The position numbers and the translations under genes are program-made. Under the pieces are notes generated by a model. That model searched no databases. It saw only the letters and a list, made by a program, of their open reading frames with translations, and was not told the DNA's origin. DNA of 57,960 nucleotides, filler included, from Sphacelaria rigidula (taxonomy: Eukaryota): the NCBI GenBank assembly GCA_964200075.2. It is 9 parts of 9 records of this genome, joined end to end, with 100 filler letters (N's around TTAATTAATTAA, not from the genome) between each part and the next. Parts side by side here need not be neighbours in the genome. Positions count along the whole stretch, not along the records: positions 1 to 6,352 come from CAXNAA020020595.1; positions 6,453 to 12,803 come from CAXNAA020020596.1; 7 more parts are not named here. One strand, written 5' to 3'. Below are positions 1-12,150 of the stretch, in pieces (the stretch's first letter is position 1; the number at the start of each line of letters is the position of its first letter).

Positions 1-778
1 GGTGAAGCGGTGGCTTTAATGGAAGCTGTCACCTACACGATCAATTTGATACATCCCTTGATCGCAACGACATAGTCCGTCCATTGCAACAAAAGATCCC
101 CTCTTTCAGAAAAAATCGTTTAGTGCCTGAAACAGTTTCAGTTCCGAAATGCCCCCCCAGGCGTAAAATGCTTTGTGCGGTATCTCACCAACCAGGCCGC
201 CGAATTCCTCGAGTGGGGTACTGTACGGTGGCTGCATGCACTGGACGTGTGCTCAAGCAAAAAAAACAAGAGAAAAGTTGCCTGTTGAGAACGCTAGAGC
301 ATCCACTCTGAATCTGAAACTACGCTCTGAATCTCACGAATAGGGTGTTTGATGGACCTCATTTGATAGAATCCTCTGTTAATGGTTGTCTACTCCCGCC
401 ATTGTAGCCTCGAAGGCAGGGTCACGTGCTCATCGAGTACTCGGCGCAGCAATATCGGCGAGTGGAGTATCACACGGAGACCTCACCCAAGCAATCGGGT
501 CACTACAGAGAACTTTCGTGGGAGAGTGTTCAACCAGAAGAAAACGAGCAATGACTGCCGGAGACGCCGCTGAATTGTAAGTGCAAGTACGAAAGATATT
601 CACTAGCGGCATCCGATATCGCGTACGGAAACAGTGGCGAGTGTGTGGAAAGAGGTCGACACCACAATAGCGAGCGATGGTCACCCATGACATGTACGCG
701 TTCATCAATAGATACATCGGCTGTATTTCGGTATTATGCCAATGACATTGTTCCTCTAACTGTCTATCGTATATAGAC

Positions 779-3700
779 CTTCTCAAAAAGACCCCCTTGA
801 TTCCCAACAGGACGGGGAAACGGTGGAGACGTTGTGACTGCTTCGACATCCGGAATCCCAAGGCAACAGCAGTGATAGCCGACGTCATCGACGATAACAC
901 GCAACCATCTCCCTGTGACACGAAGACGAAACACGACTTCAGTGCAGGACGGCATCGCCGATCCCCTGTAGACCGGTCCCTCCAATGCCTCCAACCCGAC
1001 AGATGCCCTACGTTGGGCGTGCGGTTTCTACTGGGCTCCGAGGCGAACCTACACGAAAAAGTTAACATTTCCTTACAAGAGGCGGTAAGCTCGACATATT
1101 CATCACGTAGAACATATACAGTGCAGCATACTTGTAACATTCGACGTCACCGCCCGATATCAAATATGACGTCGTTGTTCGCTTCGGAGCGTATAAGAAT
1201 GCAGCTTAGTGTCGACACTCCACTAGTGAACAAGGATAGGACGCCCTATGTCTACAACGCATGGACGAGCTTCCGGAACAAAGTTTAACAGAGTTGACGC
1301 AGCAGCATGTGACACCCGACCTGCGAGTCCATCATATGCTAACCCGCGTGGAAGGAGCGTCATACCGTGTTAGACCAGCCCTCCCGCCGTGGACCTCATG
1401 TGAAACATCTGTTACTGTCCCGCGCTGCCGCCTCCGCGATGACCACATAGTTCCGGGAGGGAAAAGTGGAGACTGGTCACATATCAAGATCTACCTTCGC
1501 GAAATTGATGTCATTCAATGTAGTTAAACAGACTGCGAGATGCTGTCTGCGCCCACATTGCTACAAGGGTAAGCTGATCATGAAATCGCTCGTGCGGATG
1601 TGGCCACGACTTCACTGCGGCGAGACTGCTGGATCGCCATGCACATGCCGGTGTGACCTTTGCGCCAACGGCGGATGCAGAGCTTTCCTGCCAACCATGA
1701 GCGTTACAGACGTCCACAGCATGGGAGAGCTCTGCGACAGGCTCCTCTGTGAGAAGGTGAAGCTATACAAGATCACGGGAGGGAGTGAAGTCACAGCACA
1801 CCTGAACGTATGTGTAATGGGATCATGCGGAGAATGCGACAAACGTCAACGGCGCTTCTTCGACTGCCCTCGTCATCGACAGTCTGCGGAAGATGTGGAG
1901 AGTATACCGGACATCGTTCGAAGATCAGAAATGAAATGGGAGGCGTTCGTCCCTGTGGATGAGAAGGGGGACGAGATTCGGCGACCATAACGGCAGGGCA
2001 GACGTCCCCGGGCCAACGATGACAACGACGGCGCTGAGTCATGGGAGCCTCAAGGAACGGAGACGCAAACACAATCTCGAAAGGTGTGTTTTACGTTAAT
2101 GTGATCCAGATGGAAAGAGTCATCTTACGATAGAGAGGGGGGGAAAGTTCTTGGGCGTCTTCCTGCTTCACGAAAACAAAAGTCGAACCGTGCTCAACAG
2201 CAGCAACACCGCGAGTGTTGCAGGTCGTCAGCCACACACATGAGACTGTTCGGTCATGCCATCAACCCCCACTCCCCTTTCGTCGTAAGATTTCACATAC
2301 CATGGTGTCATCACAATGTGTAAACCGCTGGTACGCAGCCGCTAGTACGGATCAGTCGCAGACCTTCAAAAGCGACCACTCTAAATCTCGCCACACGCGC
2401 CAATGCTCGAGACGGCCACCCGTCGAGGGAAACCATCGTCACCACCCCCGATCGTTCAAACAACATTCGTTTCCTTGGTATCTGCCGAGAATTGCCCGCA
2501 TGACGAAAGTCACTACGTGGATCAACATTCGTCGCATCCAGACTCTGTCGATAATGCATGTTGGTATCACCAAATATACGTATTCCCACTCGCATAGTAT
2601 CTCGCGACTTTTACCACTGAGAATAAGGAAAACAAACGCAGTGCACAGTCCGACACATAATCACCACATACACCGCATTTATCAAAGCCATCTAAGCCTG
2701 TAGTCATTCAATACGTTTCCGCTCGCCCAGCTTATCCCCCTGAGGCCAGTTTTCGAAACAGGGAATGGCGACATCACACGTGAATATGGACATGAATTAG
2801 CGCGAAAATGAACACGGAAGAAGTGTAGCTCCAATCCCTTCCTTAGTGGCGGTTACCGTGAACGATGATAAAATGAGGTACACATTTCCTGCAGACCCCG
2901 GCCTGCGAGACGAACGTACTGAAACCCCTTTCACGATCGTCTCTACCACATACCATTTGTCTGTGAACTTTCTTTGGTCGAATCAGGCGGTGGTGTGGAG
3001 GAGTGGTTCTGTGACTGAATTGTTCAAGGATGTGAGGTCCACTGCGGAACGCCTATTCCCTCGTCGACGACAAAAACAGCTCCAGCGTGTGGTCATCAAT
3101 GAATTGATCGCGACTCTCGAAGAAGGACACGTGATCATGGTGGCAGACTTTCAAGAGCGCTATACACATGACGAGCAGGATGAGGTTCAATCCCAACACT
3201 GGCATCGCGATTCCACAACACTGTTTCCGGTCCCCCAGTTTTTTCAAGCGCAGCGGTAAGGTATGGGTATACTCGTTTGTTATGCTGAGCGACGACAAAT
3301 CGCAAGACAATGCCTGGGTGCGACACATCTTCACCCGACTACTACAGACAGAAATACCATCCATGCTTGAGAGAGTCGGAGCCACACCCATGACGCGTGT
3401 GACTGTTGTGACGGACAATTGCGGGAAACAGTTCAAGTGTTCGACGACATTCGGGCACATCGGTGACTGTAAAGTGTACGTCATCGACCAACCGGGCAGC
3501 CGTATCCACATCGAAGCACACTACTTTCCCGCCTGCCACGGCAAGAGCGTGTCGGACAGCGAAGGTGGCGTGGTGAAGACATTCGCCAGGAATCAGGTCC
3601 TTAGAGGGCGAATGCGGATCCTGAGCTAGACTTCGAGCTTCGAGAAGTCGACAAGACTACAGCGCAGGACTTCTTCGGGAAGATAGGTGGTGGGCAGCTG

Positions 3701-3830
3701 CTGATGGCGAATACCAGAAAGGTGAGTGTCATTGTCACATCGCCTGCTGCGAAGGGTACAATGCCGGGCATTTCTGCACATGAAATACGAGTCCGCAGCG
3801 GGGTAGCGCTCGCGTGCGTATTACGTGCAT
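779..3830 (+). pseudogene. Sola2-like DDD/E DNA transposase, intron-containing, disrupted
   Basis: Motifs ISRSTFAKLMSFNV..RCCLRPHC, Cys-rich CVMGSCGEC, ADFQERY..QDEVQSQHW..TTLFP, VTDNCGKQFK, HYFPACHGKSVSDSEGGVVK, GTMPGISAH match the Sola2-type pattern (DFxENY/QxExQSxHW, SDG..QFK, FxxxHGKxxxDG). In-phase GT-AG introns 1085-1450 and 2084-2986; stops at 1988 and 3627; frameshift near 3240. Confidence 0.72.
2117..2143 (+). repeat. Terminal motif of GAG-ended TIR family (GAGTCATCTTACGATAG-G-run), inside transposase intron 2084-2986
   Basis: Matches 38538-38563 and the reverse complement of 6514-6543. Confidence 0.6.
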
Positions 3831-4299
3831 TAGTGATGCGAGAGGCCGTGCACGACCCAAAGCCTCGCCATTTGATTGACAGTGCCATCATTATATGAAG
3901 TTGCACTGATCCCAATCATACACCCCGTGTTGTCTGCTCGTTTGTATGTGCAACTCAGGGCGCGAACGACCCCAACGACGAAACGACAACATTCGCGCTG
4001 ACAAAACAGAAGAATACACTCCTCGGACGGAAGATGATGTTCGTCCGAGAAATGGATGTGAGCGACAACACGCCCATCTGCACAATCGTCACTTCAGGCT
4101 ATCCACGTGACCGGTTGCATGTAGCAATCTCGGATCGCCGCAACGTCCACCCCGGGAGTGGTGGCAGCATACCAGCTATCTAGCGGGTGAGACTCTAGCC
4201 ACAGAAGCGTGAGGGATGTGCTACAAAACGTTTCTGCCTGAGATGACGTGATGAATAGTAGGTAGGAAATTGTGTCGACTAATATATGAGATTAGGCGA

Positions 4300-5100
4300 A
4301 GAGCAACCCCAACCGGGCGCCACACAAGGAGCACATGGGCTGCTATCCGTGAAAAACGACTGTCTCTCGCCACTTGCTATCAAAAGACAAAAAACAGGAG
4401 GACTTCTACTGACTCTGAGGACCACTCGACCCACCTTGACTGCTTCCCTGTTCTCGGAGAAGGTGCCACAGATGCCGCACTGGCCAGGGGCACATGTATC
4501 CACTGATCCAGCAAGGAGCGATTCCGGCACCAGTGGAATGGGCACGGCGCACAGACCGGAATGAGCCAGTCAGTACACGGGAGCTGGAACTGGAAGACAC
4601 TATCCGGCGCATGCAGTGTCACCTGCCTTACGGTTCTACCGCGCTCATACGCGTTAATCCTAGCGAAAACGGGGGCCGGGAACTTGTACCTGTTGTGATC
4701 GCGCGAAGATCGCCATGCCCATGGGAGAGGGCGTTCTCGTCGGACGGTATGTTCACTCCTGGGGACATCATGGTTTGGATTCACGATATGCATCCAATGG
4801 CGAGTGACAGACAAGAACCACGGTTCCACGTGTCGTCTGATACCGTGAGCAACGACAACCAGCGAGCCGTCCCCCTCGCGACCATCGCTGCCCTGGGGAT
4901 GCCCATGTCTGCATACATGAAGTAGAGCACGAAGAATCCTTCGATATGGAAGATGAAGACGTCAGCGATCAACAATGCCCGTAGCAATGCCGTATTGATG
5001 TCCTTGAATCCTTCACAGGCCTTCATCAACCATGCTGACGTCGTCCTCGAGGCATCTGATACCCACAGAGCCCCCGTCCTCACGCGCGGCATATACCCCG
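4300..5100 (+). pseudogene. Probable C-terminal part of the same transposase gene (degenerate; includes ORF 4494-4925)
   Basis: Same strand, downstream of the catalytic core; Cys cluster RRCHRCRTGQ precedes a 143-aa protein-like ORF; no recognisable domain. Confidence 0.35.
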
Positions 5101-6285
5101 AGGGGTAGAGGGCCAAAGCCGTGCGAGGCTAGCTTGGCAAGGGGCCAAAGATTTCGCGGGGGAGATTGTGGGGCAACAGTTCGACGCGAAACCTCGCCGA
5201 TACTCATGCGAGGTAAAATAGAGCGAGGGTACGCCAGGAGAGGTAGTTTTAGCGGGTCTGACGAGGGCGCAGTTTAGCGGGTGCTTCTGAACCATCGGTG
5301 ATTGCGATCACGACTCGAGCTTCATTCCAGCTGCCCAGGTGATGTGTACATCTCGATAAGTCACACCCGTGCAATGCTGTGTGAATAAAATCCCCTCTCC
5401 AATAGTGTAATGTCGACAGCATGACTGCCCGATGACGACGAAGCAGGGCACATACACAGCACGCTACCATGTACTAACGACATTTCTGCGTGTTCTAAGG
5501 TTCGTTATGCTGTTACCCTCTTCTCATTTCATTGATTACTTTGACATGGCACATACGTCGACAACTTGGTATGCGCGACCATCGCCGGACGAGCGCGTGG
5601 TGATGCAGGTTTAAGAACAATATCCTCAGTGCGACTATGGTTATGTGGCTGACCCGGTTTCGAAACCAGCCACCAACAGCGTCTGGAGGAACATCTGTCG
5701 TTTCGCAAAAGCGATGGCGAGCCCAAAACACCTGTCCCGAACCAGCACATAGACCCGAAACTACCACATCGACATATATGATGAACACACGCCATGTCAC
5801 CCGTTGATGGATCGTCTCCGGTGCACTTGTTTGTGGGTGGGGCAGTCGCAGCATCACCAAGTGCTGCACATGCAGGGCGATTTTTTCATAGTTGGGTTAT
5901 CGATACAGCCATATTCCTCTCAACTGCAAGTTTCTTCCTCCGTAGGCTATGTACTGCTGCATGTGATTTTCAACAAACCCTCAGCACATAACCCCATTGT
6001 GGCGAATCCGATCTCGCAACTATTTGAAACCTAATAATATCCAGAAATCGGGGCCTACCCAACAGCAATACAGAGGTATGGTTTTCAGCCATCCTGCGAA
6101 AGAGGGGGGGGTTGGTTTCCCGAAAAACGTCGCTCATAGGTGCCTCAGACGACCTGCCACACTCGCTGTGCGCTTGAATCCGGTTTAAAGTGGTGCCAAG
6201 CAGTACAAATAAGCGTTTTTTATCTACAGGAAGCTCGCTCGAACAAGCATTACTGCTTTCAAAGCCAAATTTACAAGTGCCATAA

Positions 6286-6314
6286 GTGGCCCATAATCCC
6301 CCCCCCTCTATCGT
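6286..6314 (-). repeat. Variant or truncated copy of the same terminal motif, downstream of the transposase
   Basis: TGGCCCATAAT-C-run-TCTATCGT resembles TGGCCCAACATA-C-run-TATCGTAGGATGACTC at 6502-6543. Confidence 0.55.
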
Positions 6315-6352
6315 GGAAAAGTAAAGTAATGAGCGCCAGAATGTTGGAGGTG

Positions 6353-6452
6353 NNNNNNNNNNNNNNNNNNNNNNNNNNNNNNNNNNNNNNNNNNNNTTAA
6401 TTAATTAANNNNNNNNNNNNNNNNNNNNNNNNNNNNNNNNNNNNNNNNNNNN
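6353..6452. other. Artificial contig linker (N-run + TTAATTAATTAA + N-run). Identical linkers at 12804-12903, 19255-19354, 25706-25805, 32157-32256, 38608-38707, 45059-45158, 51510-51609
   Basis: 100-bp N spacers with a six-frame stop cassette separate blocks of 6351-6352 bp; consistent with size-sorted contigs concatenated. Confidence 0.98.
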
Positions 6453-6543
6453 TTGCTGCTTTCAACGGCGATTTGACTCGAATTTTCGAGCAACAAATAA
6501 ATGGCCCAACATACCCCCCCCCCCCCCTATCGTAGGATGACTC
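6453..6543 (-). mobile_element. End of a DNA transposon (GAG...CTC TIR family) at contig edge
   Basis: Reverse complement aligns over ~70 bp with 38538-38607; ends in ...TAGGATGACTC. Confidence 0.7.
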
Positions 6544-8080
6544 AAACCTCTTCTCTCTACAGTAGAACAAGGGGCGCAAAATGGAGTTGTATCCACCTTC
6601 GACAAGCACAGTCCACGGCTGGAGACAAAGAGTTCCACCTTCCCGCTAGAGCAGCCGGAGAGCTATCTCTACTTCTGCTCATTTGTCTACTTCGTTACGG
6701 CTGTCTGCAAAGTAAAGCCTGCACGTGTACCGTAGAGCAGGCACTAGTCACATCCTGCATCTGCATGCACTATTATACCATGTACGTGCCTCCGCATGTA
6801 GCCTTGAACCTTGCATTCAAAACTGCGTAGAACTAGAGACATTGCCGACATCACCGCCGCCAAATGCGACCCTGCCTTCCCTTGTCGCGGACAAATGGTT
6901 AACTTGTATCTGTACCTTGTCTGTACACTGCACTTCTGTGACGGAGATTTTCGTCGATGGATCATGATTCATCTTTCATCAGTTGGAAAACGACCAGATT
7001 CGATTTGTTATTCGCTCACGGTCCTGTCCTGCTGTACTGTTGTCTGTACTCCCGTTCTGTGCTCTCTGCCCGTTGCTCGCCGTTACGGGGACGCTTTCGA
7101 CCTCGCTCCTGCCCACGAGGGGTTTCTTCACCTCCTCGTGGTGATAAATTTGACATTTTTATGCAAAGGAGCCCATGAGCGAAGATAAAAGAGGCAGGAG
7201 TATGCAGGTAGACCTATGTTCGCGAGCACGTATCATGCGCTCTCGACTGTTGATGTTCCTTCTAGTTGCAACTTACGCTCAAGGGTACGGGGGACCTCTG
7301 CTAGTTGCAAGGCAAAGCATGCGGGGGCTGCTGACATCATGGCGCAATCAGGCCGTGAACCGTAGCGGTACTCAGGTATGTCGTCCATAGTGCTGCTATA
7401 GGTAGTCAATACTGTTTTGCTTCCAGCGGCTCGTGCAGTCGCAGATATCAAGAGGTGAAAGCAGTTTGCATGATTCGATTGAAGATCGTGAGCTTTGAGC
7501 ACAAGCCATTTTTCGGAACAATATTTCTGCTGACAGCGCCGTGGGAAAAGTGCACATCATGCTGTTGTCGCGATCTAACCGACGGAAGACCGTACAATTC
7601 AGTACTGTCTGTCTGTATAGGACGTAAATGACGATGATGACGACTGTTCGCATACAGGACAGTGGTTCGTCATTGCCCCTCTCCTGTCTAGCGCTGTCAT
7701 CAAGCACTTGCCGACAAGCCCGCGACTGCACTGGTACCGGGCAGGGAAGGCTGGACATAGATGTTGCTCGATACGACCATTGCCGCTAGCGTATCCACCT
7801 TGCCCATTCCAATAGCAAGTTAAACGTCCATACATGACAATCTTGGTGTTAGTGTACTTCCATATCACACATTTACTCCCAATAACACCCCTTCCACTAG
7901 CGTAGTGAGGTGTTTTCAACATGGGAAAAGCTGCATTTTTTCATATTTTTCAAATGTCGTCTATAGTCCGCCCGGGGAGTCCTGCGTCAGCAGGGTTTTC
8001 GTCCTGTACTGTACTCTCAGAACTATGCCCTACTGTACTTTATTTGTAATGTATCGTGCTGTCCGGTGGGGATTCCACCA

Positions 8081-10206
8081 CAGTTATGCGTAGGAATGGG
8101 GCCCTTACGACCAAAAATCGACAAAAAAAAAATTAAAATTATCGCGGAGGAATAATGAACAGGTCAGTAGGTGGTAGAACCCGTGCCGAGGCCCTCACGA
8201 ACAGCGCACATTCTTCACGTATTAACTTGGTTTAGTATGAGAAAGCTGTAGCACTGGTGATCGCTCGGTTCTCGACACAGGAAGCAAGCCGGTCCACGGC
8301 ACTTGACAACCCCCCCGCATACACACAAGATCTAGGGGGCTCTAGTTTGATATGTTTCTGGCGTCGCGTCAGCGGCCCGGAAATCCCCCCCCCCAGAGCG
8401 GAAAATACCTTATTTGAGTATATTTGGGTTATTTACGAGTCAGTATCACGCGCAAACGCGAAAAAGAACCAGGCGACATAGCTTGGGTCTGTGGGAATTG
8501 CACGCAAAAAAACGTAGTCCAATCCCCCGCTTCGTTGCCGAGATATAGACGTAGCGCGATCGGCACTTTTGGGTTGAGGATCAGCAGCGTCTTCCGAGGT
8601 CGAAGATGGCAAATTCGAAAAAGTCGGCGCGCTTTTTTTTTTTTTTGTCTCAAGCAAGTTGTGACGATACTGTTTGTTCTGTGCGGCTGTGCACAAGGGG
8701 CAATTTCGCCTTTCAACGGCGAGTATCTTCTCAAGTGTCGAATTACAGAGGGAGAGCTCACAGAAGACAAAGCTGGCTGGCGGCTGCTTCGTGTCCGGGC
8801 CCCAGTGCAGAAGCCAAGGCGTCGAGAGCGATTTTTGTATGTGCACTGCCAAACATCCTGGCGACTGCGGTCATGTATTTAGTAACTGTCTGTCAATACT
8901 ATTAATAATTTAAGAATAAGGTGCAAACTATGCGACGTTCGACAAGCTTTGTTTTGGGCTGCGTGCAGTGTGTGACGGCATTTCACTTTGTGGCATGCCC
9001 CCAGCTTCTGCTTCGTTCTGTACGGCTGTGCACAAAGAGTAAATTCGCCTTTAAACAGCGAGTACCCTTCATGTATTGAGTTGCAGAGGGCGAGGTCACA
9101 CATGAACTTCGGCTGTTGTGTCTGAGGGTTCCAGAGGAGAAGCCAATGCGCAAGAGTAATTTTTAGCTTGGACTACGCACTGACCATGTATGACCAGGTC
9201 GGCAGAGCCACGGTGTTGTAAGTGACTGCCTGTACATACTGAAAATAATATGTAAAGCATGCGATTGCGCCAACTTGCATCTTCGACCGAATGTTATGTT
9301 TTTACATCAATGTCATAACAAATTGCTTCAGTGGCGGTCCGCCGTGTACTGCTCGGTTCTGTGGGGATGTGCCCAAAGGACAACCTCACGTATCATGAGC
9401 GAATACCTTTTTACCCCTTGGCTTGTTGAGGACGAGTTCACAGATAAAATACGGCTGTTTGTGACAAATGGTTTCGAGGCAGAACCCAAGGCGTTGAAGA
9501 TGTTGATCTGGACAGATTGAACCAGATCGTGCCCAAGCGACTTGATAAGATGGGATTCCTTCCACTCCTGCCATGACCCTGACCCCATGGGGCCCATGAA
9601 AATTTCACTCTCCAATCCCGCAGTCACAGCTGTGTGTAGGACACGCAGCGCGCAGCCAATCCGCGCAGCGTGAAGCTCTTAATCGCCAACATGATCACCA
9701 TCGTTCTCAGTAGTTTTCACATGCTCGACGCTGCTGCTCATGATCTCCAAACTTGTGTACTTCCTTGTTCTAGCACTATGTCAGGCACGCCCTTCACTGC
9801 AGTTACGTTAGTGTGTGACCGCCACAAGAGCTGCTGTTCGCGTTCTTGTCTTGTGATCTTCGCAATGACGGTAAACGTGGGGTGGCAGCTCGGGGGCGTG
9901 TGCTCCCCGAGTAGTAAAGACAGAAGCAGGACACTAGCTAGTGCAACAAGATTGTGTATCTACTGATGTGGAGCGAGCTTTCCGGAGGAATATATCACCT
10001 CAACACCGACCACTCCCAGGCTTGAATAAATGTACTAGAAATATAGTTCATTTCATATGAGCCAGATCGTTATTTGTAGGTGACGCGTGTATTTTCCATT
10101 AAAACGATTCGTTCGACAACGGGCCACTTCTGATGAATATAGCGTCCAGCTTGCACTTTCCAGGAATATAGCACCCAAAATCGACCCCCATACCTACCCA
10201 TAACAG
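8081..10206 (+). mobile_element. Non-autonomous TIR DNA transposon, family CWGTTATGGG (copy 1, ~2.1 kb)
   Basis: TIRs CAGTTATGCGTAGGAATGGGG / CCCCATACCTACCCATAACAG; colinear with 14777-16696 over its length; flanked by CA/TG here. Confidence 0.8.
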
Positions 10207-10520
10207 TGCAGTCCTCTTAAATGTGAGCTAACACTACGGTGCAGTCAAAGTCACTCGTCTCAAGTTCGATGCGCAATACTAATATCGAGAAAACTCCGTT
10301 ATTTGTAGGTGACGCGTGTATTTTCCATTAAAACGATTCGTTCGACAACGGGCCCCTTGTGACGAATATAGCGTCCAGCTTGCACTTTCCAGGAATATAG
10401 CACCCAAATCAATCCCCATTCCTACCCATAACAGTGCAGTCCTCTTAGATGCGACCTAACACTACAGTGCAGTCAAAGTCACTCGTCTCAAGTTCGATGC
10501 GCAATACTAATATCGAAAAA
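10068..10520 (+). repeat. 228-bp tandem duplication covering the right TIR and adjacent flank
   Basis: Units start at 10068 and 10296; high identity; gives a second TIR end at 10434. Confidence 0.9.
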
Positions 10521-11329
10521 ATTCAACACCATCGCGTTCATGCGTCCATGCCGGGATGGCACCCCAATGCACTATGCTGGAATCCCCACTTTCCCACCTT
10601 ATTTTATTGCCTATTAGAGGTGCAACTCGGGCCCGAAAATTTTGTGGGCTGTTCAAGGACGCCAATCCAGCCATAGACAACTGATCTATTTTTACTTTTT
10701 TTGCTGGGATGCTCCATCCGGAAACATTCGAGTTTGTACCGCCCTTTTGAAGGATAAGTCGTGCGTTCAGGCGACGTCCTCCCTGTTCAGACGCTACATA
10801 CACTTGCAAACCGTTGACACAGAGTTGGCAGCGCTGACCTTTTTCTAGTACTTTTGAATTGTACCCTCAAAAAGTGAAAGAAAAGTAATTTCCGGTTTAT
10901 TTTACTGACCGCGGGACGTTCCCTGACATGTACAGGCATAGCGTTTTGCACTCGTTTACCCGAAGCACACGATGCAAAATCAATGTTCGAATCGCACACG
11001 TCGCCGAGGAGAACCGGGCTGGCGAAGTCGACCCCTCGAAGGAGTGTCCCGAACCGCCTATCGTCCCCAAACGAGCAGAAATGAAAGAAACACAAAGGGG
11101 ACTGGAGAGGAAACCTCGGAGGAGAGGTCCGAGTGGGAATAAATTTTGCTTCGGTGCGTGCTTCTGTCGCATGTATAATGCACCCCGAAAAATTGTGAAG
11201 AGAAAAACGGTGTACACGGTCGCACAAGAAATCCAATAAGGTAGAGAACGTGGCGTGTGACTGTATTATGCTCTTCTTCTCGTTGTGTTGTTCTGTGTTC
11301 ATCGGCACCGCCAAGTGCGCCGTACCGTC

Positions 11330-12150
11330 TCTACAGCATCCGTCTGCTGCGACACAACTTCAGTTTTTTGTTCCTTGGAAAACATGGAAGACGTCACCGC
11401 CAGGGTGGGTCATGTGTTGCATTGGCATCATTATCACTTGAAAGATGGAGGCAAGAACCAAATGACCCACCCTGGCGGTCACAGCGTTAATTTCTGGAAC
11501 TGGCGGCGAAAAGAGGTGACGCTATCCAGAGATTTGGTGTGATCTGATGCTTGGTGATACCCGTAGACAACGGAAGGAGCACGGCAAGAGAAAAAGAGAG
11601 AAAACAAAGCTGTACTGAACTGTGCTACATCGTATTTTGCTGTGCGTTTTAGTTGGGCTTTGTCTATGTATTTACACTGTCATCCCCAGGGTGGTTCATC
11701 GTTTGCCTCAGCGTAATCTTCACTTGAAAAGTGAATGCAATACCCACATGACCAATCCTGGGGGTCAAAGGGTCCACTGCTAGAGCGGGCGGCAGAAAGA
11801 GGTGACGCTCTCCAGAGATTTGGTGTAATCTGAACCTTGCTGATAACCATAAATAAGGGAAGGAACGCAGCGGGGGGGCGTACTCATTTGTTGCTTGCCT
11901 CAGTCGTTTGACCATTGACCACGCATCCCTTTCGAGACGGAGCACCATTCCTACTCCTAATAGAGCCACCGTCAACTTTCCGGCGGAAGAGATAAGACAA
12001 CGCTGTACTTAACCGTACTACGTTGTACTAATCTCTTCGTTTTAGTCGGACTTCTTTGTCTATATTTACAGTCATCGCCAGGGTGAATCATTGGTTGCTT
12101 CTGCATAGTTTCCTCTTGAAGAATGAATGATTTGCAGACAGTATGGCCGT
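11330..12150. repeat. Degenerate tandem array (~287-bp unit, ~3 copies) whose units carry a stem-loop
   Basis: CCGCCAGGGTGGGTCAT (11397) / ATGACCCACCCTGGCGG (11462-11478); homologous units at ~11680 and ~12070; shared AAAGAGGTGACGCT.TCCAGAGATTTGGTGT block. Confidence 0.7.
11872..11946 (-). repeat. End fragment of the poly(C)-ended element (variant subfamily; sister at 25584-25640)
   Basis: GGGGGGGCGTACTCATT.GTTGCTTGCCT.AGTC.TTTGACCATTGAC shared by both sites and similar to 38860-38910. Confidence 0.7.

Noticed and set aside
2117..6314. Complete autonomous transposon bounded by these TIR-like motifs
   Set aside because: Transposase exons extend upstream of 2117, the right motif lacks the terminal GATGACTC, and no TSD is visible
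6811..7390. Protein-like stretches (RYGDAFDLAPAHEGFLHLL; YAQGYGGPLL) and 12171-12404
   Set aside because: Possibly transposase remnants, but I cannot assign a motif with confidence
11330..12150. Relationship to the 54865-55690 array because both have ~285-bp periods
   Set aside because: No sequence similarity seen between the units
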